Shown here: one piece after another, positions 59,401 through 64,000 of the stretch
Position numbering within the stretch: position 1 is the stretch's first letter
How the letters are laid out: each line of letters begins with the position of its first letter
Assembly: GCA_049977145.1 (NCBI GenBank)
Contig: JBMFGW010000001.1
Coordinates: 32,550 to 96,549, forward strand
Source: Phycisphaerae bacterium
Lineage (GTDB): Bacteria; Planctomycetota; Phycisphaerae; WQYP01
DNA: 64,000 nucleotides
Direction: 5' to 3'
Notes under the pieces: generated by a model
Told to the model about the DNA's origin: nothing
What the model saw: the letters and a program-made list of their open reading frames with translations, nothing else
Database searches by the model: none
Program-made: the position numbers and the translations under genes

Positions 59401-60205
59401 CAATCCGGCGGATGTGAAAATAGAGCGCCTTGGCGTCCGCCCGGCTCCATCCATGCATCCATTCGCCGTCAAACCAGATGAGGTTGGTGTGATATTGCTT
59501 GATCAACTCACTGGTTTGCCGCTCCACATAATGCAGATAATCCAAATTTTTACCCGGTTTGAACTGTGTGGGATTATAAATATGCCGAGCTGGATTGGCA
59601 CCCGCCTGGTCCGGGCTGTGCCAGTCCATAATGGAATAATAGGTGCAGAATCGGATGCCCTGCTTCCGGCAAGCCTTGGATAACAGCGCCATCGGATCGG
59701 TATGCCATGGAGTACCATCCACCACATTGTAATCGGTGGCCTTGGTATTAAACATACAAAATCCGTCATGATGCTTGGTCGTAATAACGATGTATTTCAT
59801 GCCAGCGCGGCGGGCGATTTTAATCCATTGACTGGCGTTAAAATCAACCGGATTAAACCGCTTTGCCAAAATCGCGTACCGCCTCCGGCTAATCCGCGCG
59901 TTGTTCATAATCCACTCCCCGCCTCCCGGGACTTTTTTGCCATCCCAGACGCCGCCCGGAATCGAGTAGAGTCCCCAATGGATGAACATGCCAAAGCGGG
60001 CTTTTCTCCACCATTTCATATCGGCGGTGTGCAACTTATCCTTGGCGGGTGGCATTTTTCTCTTGGCTTCCCACCACGGTGTAGGGGTCGCTCCAGCAGC
60101 AGTATTTGCCGATGCGGCATGCGTGGGGCGAGCAGATACTATACACGCCAAAATCACCCATGCGGACACTAACGCTAAAAAAACCGCTTTCCCTGGCGTC
60201 ATCAT
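56462..60205 (-). CDS. Secreted bifunctional glycosidase: N-terminal GH29 alpha-L-fucosidase fused to C-terminal GH92 alpha-mannosidase
   Basis: Signal peptide. GH29 motifs ([40 protein letters not shown]). GH92 motifs ([49 protein letters not shown]). 1247 aa. Confidence 0.8.
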   Translation of the reverse strand: [1247 protein letters not shown]

Positions 60206-60250
60206 TGCTCCGTTATACCGTTAGAACACGATCCATTCGTAACACTTACA

Positions 60251-63004
60251 CTAATTCCCAACCGGGCCGCAATCGATATACCCGATGTAGCATTCCTGCC
60301 CGATCTTCCCCTCATTGATAAACCCCAACCACGTGAGAATGTTGAACTCCGTGGCCGCGGGGATTTGAATCTGCCTGGATGCCAACTCTTTGCCCGCTAG
60401 GCTCAAAGTTATCTGGTATTCCCGACATGAAGTCTCCGCCCTGTAGTCATACTGAATCAGAACGTCCATCCATTTGTCCAACGGTGTCGTCCCGACCGAA
60501 ATACCATTGGCGACAACGCTCCCGTCCGCCCCAAATATGACGCTAGGCCCCGTAATATACGGGTTGTTTTGCCAATCCCTTAGCTCTGCGCGAAGCGTTG
60601 TCCCGTTATGTTCCGGAATCAAAATTGAAAACTTCAGGAGGAGATCACACCGTCGTATCCACGGCTGATAATAGGTGTAGGTAACCGCTTGAGGGCCAAA
60701 GCGAAGCGACGTCTGCCCCGTAATTTCAGTAGGCGCTGCGATGCTGTTGCCGTCGCCCCAAGAGGTCGCCCCATAGGGATAATCTCCGAACTTCTCACGC
60801 TGAAATGTCGCGTGCACCGCCTGCCCGTTTGGCATCGGGCAGGGTGTGCGGTCCGCGATCGGCAATGGTTCAACCGCCGCGGGCAATACTCGCCAGGCGG
60901 CAGGGCCGTACAATCCAATATTATTGGTTTGGATGGGGCGGAATCCAATCTGATTCGCAGGGGATCCCGCCTCCGCCCAAATAGAGCCGTTGGCTATATG
61001 CAACCCCGGCGCGGCGGCAAACGAGTTAGCATCTTGCCCACCGGCCTGCCATTGCTTAAAACTATTGCCATGAATCGTCGGGGCTGTTCCCCGGAAACTC
61101 CAATATACGTTGTGGTTGAATCGCCACCCCGCGTTGCTGTATTTCGGCAGTACATTTTCGCCATTCACCACGACCACGTTATGCTCAAATATCAAGCTCA
61201 ACGAAATGCGCCTTCCGAATGTGTCGGTATCCCGCTCAATCTGCAACCCATAGGTATCGTCCAAAAGATTATTTAATACCTGATTTTTTGACCCGTAGTT
61301 AAGCAGCAGCCCCATCCCGTCGACTCTCTGAACGATGTTATCCTCTAAAAGAATGTGTGAACTTCCCTCGTCGAGGTATAGGCCGTTGAACATTCGTTGG
61401 GAATTATACGGTACCAAACCGGATAGCCAATTGTTCCTTAACACCGTCCCGGGAGAAACCCCCAGCGTATAAATGCCGCCACCATCGCTTAGGACGCCAT
61501 TGCCTAAACTATATATGCGATTAAATTCCACGATGTTTCGCACGGCTGGACTTGGAGTCGTGGCCCAGTTCCAACCGACGCTGACGCCTGTATAATATAA
61601 ATTCATAATAACATTGTGGCTGATGCGATTATCGCTGGCGTGACCAATCCAAACGCCACATGCTTGTGGAAACAGCTTGCCATTGTCATGGATAAAATTA
61701 TTGTCAATCAGGCATGCAGCGGTAAATCGTGCAGCGGTAGGCAGTTTGTAATAATCCGAAATGGGACAATCCAAACCAAGATACACCCCTCCGCCGCCCA
61801 TATCATGAATATGGCATTGCTGGATGGCTATACCCTCACTGGCCCCCATAAACCGAATTCCGTGCTCGCCGCAGTGGCATAAGTCACAATCCAGAATTCT
61901 TATATTTCTAGCGCCATGTCCGAAAATGGCCGCCTCCCAACCATGTGTTGCGGATTGATTGTCGTTTGCCAAGCGATCTCGGGACACCGTACAAGCCGAG
62001 TGCTGCAAAGACAAGCCCTTGACTGTAACGTGTTGAACGTAAGCGTTGCGTTCCGGGGAACCCCGAAACTCGATGAGGTGTCTAAGCACGGGAATAACCA
62101 CGCTAAATTTAGCCAGGCGGTCACCAGTATCCGGCTTATATAGGATTTTTCCGGCAGGCCGGTCAAAGTACCACTGTCCCGGTTCTTTCAGTGCTTCGCG
62201 CACGTTGTCAATGTAAAAGCGTTGCCTTATCTCAAAAGTTCCAAACTCATGCCCACTGTTCTGAAGATACACGGTGTCGGTCTTCGTATCAACCGACTGC
62301 ACCCACTGACGCTCAGTGGTCCAGCTTTCAAAGGAGACTACCTCCACGTCTCTTAGCGCGTGCCAATCTGGGCCAATCTGCCCTTTCTCAACATGGAAGG
62401 CCCTGTTGCGTAATTCCTGTTGTGCAACCAAGCCCGCCATGAAATACCAGTTTTTGCCCGGCAGTCGCGGGCGGTCTTTGCGTTGCCCCCCCACAAAGAG
62501 TTGGTTGATTGTCACAGTATCCATCGCTTCGGGGGCAGCTGCCTCCCATAATCCATCGGTGCGGGCTTTCCAGTTCTTGATCGTTATCCCGCCGGAAATG
62601 ATCGGCTTTTCGCCGGGATAGGCGGTGATGATCAAGGGGGCTTCCGCAGTTCCGCAATCACCGGGGAAGAGTACAATGGTTTTTTTCAGCCCGTAAACGC
62701 CTCCACGTAGAACGATGCGGGTGGTTGATTTGAACTTGGCGGTGCGGTCCCGACTACGCACAATTTCTAGTGCCCGATGTATGCTGGCCACCGGGCCGTC
62801 TGATTGTGCTCCGTCGGCGTTGGGAATTGTTCCGCTCCAAGCGTCGTTACCGGATGGGCTGACATATATGGTAAATCCTACGAGTCCGGCGTCCGCGATT
62901 CCCGTCCGTGGTGACTGGCAACCACACAGCAATCCGGCGACAGTGGCGACCACCGTCTGGTTCCAAGCCCTTCGATTGATTTTGGTCACGCGATCAAGCC
63001 TCAT
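60251..63004 (-). CDS. Right-handed parallel beta-helix repeat lipoprotein (pectate-lyase-fold, probable polysaccharide-active enzyme)
   Basis: Lipoprotein signal VAGLLCGCQ with start at ATG 63004. Repeated NNxIxxN/GxxxxG beta-helix rungs (ILDCDLCHCGEHGIRF, NRISHNVIMN, LRNNWLSG). About 917 aa. Confidence 0.6.
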   Translation of the reverse strand: MRLDRVTKINRRAWNQTVVATVAGLLCGCQSPRTGIADAGLVGFTIYVSPSGNDAWSGTIPNADGAQSDGPVASIHRALEIVRSRDRTAKFKSTTRIVLRGGVYGLKKTIVLFPGDCGTAEAPLIITAYPGEKPIISGGITIKNWKARTDGLWEAAAPEAMDTVTINQLFVGGQRKDRPRLPGKNWYFMAGLVAQQELRNRAFHVEKGQIGPDWHALRDVEVVSFESWTTERQWVQSVDTKTDTVYLQNSGHEFGTFEIRQRFYIDNVREALKEPGQWYFDRPAGKILYKPDTGDRLAKFSVVIPVLRHLIEFRGSPERNAYVQHVTVKGLSLQHSACTVSRDRLANDNQSATHGWEAAIFGHGARNIRILDCDLCHCGEHGIRFMGASEGIAIQQCHIHDMGGGGVYLGLDCPISDYYKLPTAARFTAACLIDNNFIHDNGKLFPQACGVWIGHASDNRISHNVIMNLYYTGVSVGWNWATTPSPAVRNIVEFNRIYSLGNGVLSDGGGIYTLGVSPGTVLRNNWLSGLVPYNSQRMFNGLYLDEGSSHILLEDNIVQRVDGMGLLLNYGSKNQVLNNLLDDTYGLQIERDTDTFGRRISLSLIFEHNVVVVNGENVLPKYSNAGWRFNHNVYWSFRGTAPTIHGNSFKQWQAGGQDANSFAAAPGLHIANGSIWAEAGSPANQIGFRPIQTNNIGLYGPAAWRVLPAAVEPLPIADRTPCPMPNGQAVHATFQREKFGDYPYGATSWGDGNSIAAPTEITGQTSLRFGPQAVTYTYYQPWIRRCDLLLKFSILIPEHNGTTLRAELRDWQNNPYITGPSVIFGADGSVVANGISVGTTPLDKWMDVLIQYDYRAETSCREYQITLSLAGKELASRQIQIPAATEFNILTWLGFINEGKIGQECYIGYIDCGPVGN

Positions 63005-63122
63005 GCCATTATCCAGACGGTCTTTGGTCAGTACTGCCCGCAGCCGATTCACCGCCAGAACCGTCGGCGATCGGCGGGCAGGATACGGGCAGTTTCACTG
63101 CCCGCTCAGCGTTTGGGAGAAA

Positions 63123-63947
63123 TTATCTTTCCCTTGCCGCAGAAGCCAAGTCTCGCGCCGCGAATCCGCCTGGGGTAAATGTGAATATCTTCACGTCGTC
63201 AACACTGCAATATGCGGTCTGGATTCTCCGCTGCGAGCCAATCCAGAATCCATCCCCTCCCGCCGCCGGCGACGGAGGGTTTGGGCCGCCCTGGAAACTG
63301 GCGTAGGATTTTCCGTTTACATAGAGCTTGACCTTTTTGCTGGTCACGACCAGTGCCAGGTTGACCCATTTACCGGGGACAATTCTTGCTCCTTTGATGA
63401 ACGCCGTGCCGCCGAGAAGGCCGTCCCAGTGGCCATTTCGTTGTATGATGCCCCATCCATTTTTTGCAGGGTTGCCATTGTACACAACCATTCGATCGCT
63501 AGCGTCCCTCGCCTTAACCCAAAGCTGAAGTCCAAAATCGTGAATTAGTTTAATGCATGTCGCGCTAACCAGCGATTCGTACGCATCCCCGGTAAACTTT
63601 ATGGCCACCGTGGAGCCAGGTGCGGCGTTTCCCGAGTAGATCGGCCCTTTTACGCCCACGCTATTCTGCAAATCAATTTTTGGACCCGTTCCCAGATCAG
63701 GCTGGCTATAATTGTGCCTACCCGGCGTGCCGTACCCACCCGGCGCATCGACCTGGCAACCAATCCTGTCCCCCTTGGCAGTATCCGTGGTCCCCATGTC
63801 CCAACGGTGTATCACATTCACCGCCGCTGTTGCGGGAATGGCTGGAAGGGTTAGGCTCAGCAGAGAAAAATATACTCCGAAAGCCACCCATTGAATACTG
63901 GCTCGTAGCGATAGACTCACTTTGCCGCTCCCGTCGTATGTTCGCAC
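63123..63947 (-). CDS. Secreted LamG/concanavalin-A-like lectin-fold protein
   Basis: Signal-peptide-like N-terminus (GTG start). C-terminal WVNLALVVTSKKVKLYVNGK and CSVDDVKIF are typical of the LamG_3 jelly-roll. Confidence 0.45.
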   Translation of the reverse strand: MRTYDGSGKVSLSLRASIQWVAFGVYFSLLSLTLPAIPATAAVNVIHRWDMGTTDTAKGDRIGCQVDAPGGYGTPGRHNYSQPDLGTGPKIDLQNSVGVKGPIYSGNAAPGSTVAIKFTGDAYESLVSATCIKLIHDFGLQLWVKARDASDRMVVYNGNPAKNGWGIIQRNGHWDGLLGGTAFIKGARIVPGKWVNLALVVTSKKVKLYVNGKSYASFQGGPNPPSPAAGGDGFWIGSQRRIQTAYCSVDDVKIFTFTPGGFAARDLASAARER

Positions 63948-64000
63948 CAGGCCACTTGCGGAAATAAGAGCACCCGCAAATTACAACTTCAGATGGAACG

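Overview
This 64-kb window looks like ordinary bacterial chromosome, not plasmid or phage. It carries housekeeping operons mixed with accessory loci and unusually long, repeat-rich intergenic spacers. The gene content fits a PVC-type bacterium such as Planctomycetota or Verrucomicrobiota: Zn-ribbon/vWA and LysM membrane proteins, several large secreted glycosidases, xfp-ackA, an ECF sigma/anti-sigma pair, and many lipoproteins. That lineage call is inference only.

Supported content, in order along the window:
- sufBCDS operon on the minus strand, with sufS truncated at the window edge.
- A small cell-envelope cluster: SYLF/DUF500 lipoprotein, Amidase_2, DUF202.
- TerC, an HExxH lipoprotein and an amidohydrolase.
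- An AT-rich stretch with a vapBC toxin-antitoxin pair.
- An oxidative-stress set: peroxiredoxin, DUF488 and an Fe/Mn SOD.
- rpmA and a NifS/IscS-type cysteine desulfurase.
- A complete MITE-like element with TIRs and a target-site duplication, plus two relic copies.
- mutS, a large membrane GGDEF sensor and a TAT-secreted GH2.
- A six-gene minus-strand cluster: radical SAM, two ferredoxin-insert MinD/Mrp-like ATPases, DUF5320, C_GCAxxG_C_C and a NifX/NafY-like protein.
- addB-addA, panB, lpxB and a plant/fungal-type P3A H+-ATPase.
- A HAD hydrolase, xfp-ackA, an alpha-glucan phosphorylase, and an ECF sigma/anti-sigma/PDZ pseudo-protease module.
- A WecA/MraY-family transferase.
- A 1.6-kb gene-free region full of tandem paralogous repeat units, GATC clusters and GC hairpins.
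- A GH29-GH92 fusion glycosidase, a beta-helix lipoprotein and a LamG-like secreted protein.

No tRNA, rRNA or CRISPR was found.

The most interesting candidates for an undescribed system are two. One is the NifX-like/Fe-S ATPase/radical-SAM cluster, sitting in an apparently oxygen-coping genome. The other is the tandem small-ORF/repeat array at 54.9-55.9 kb.
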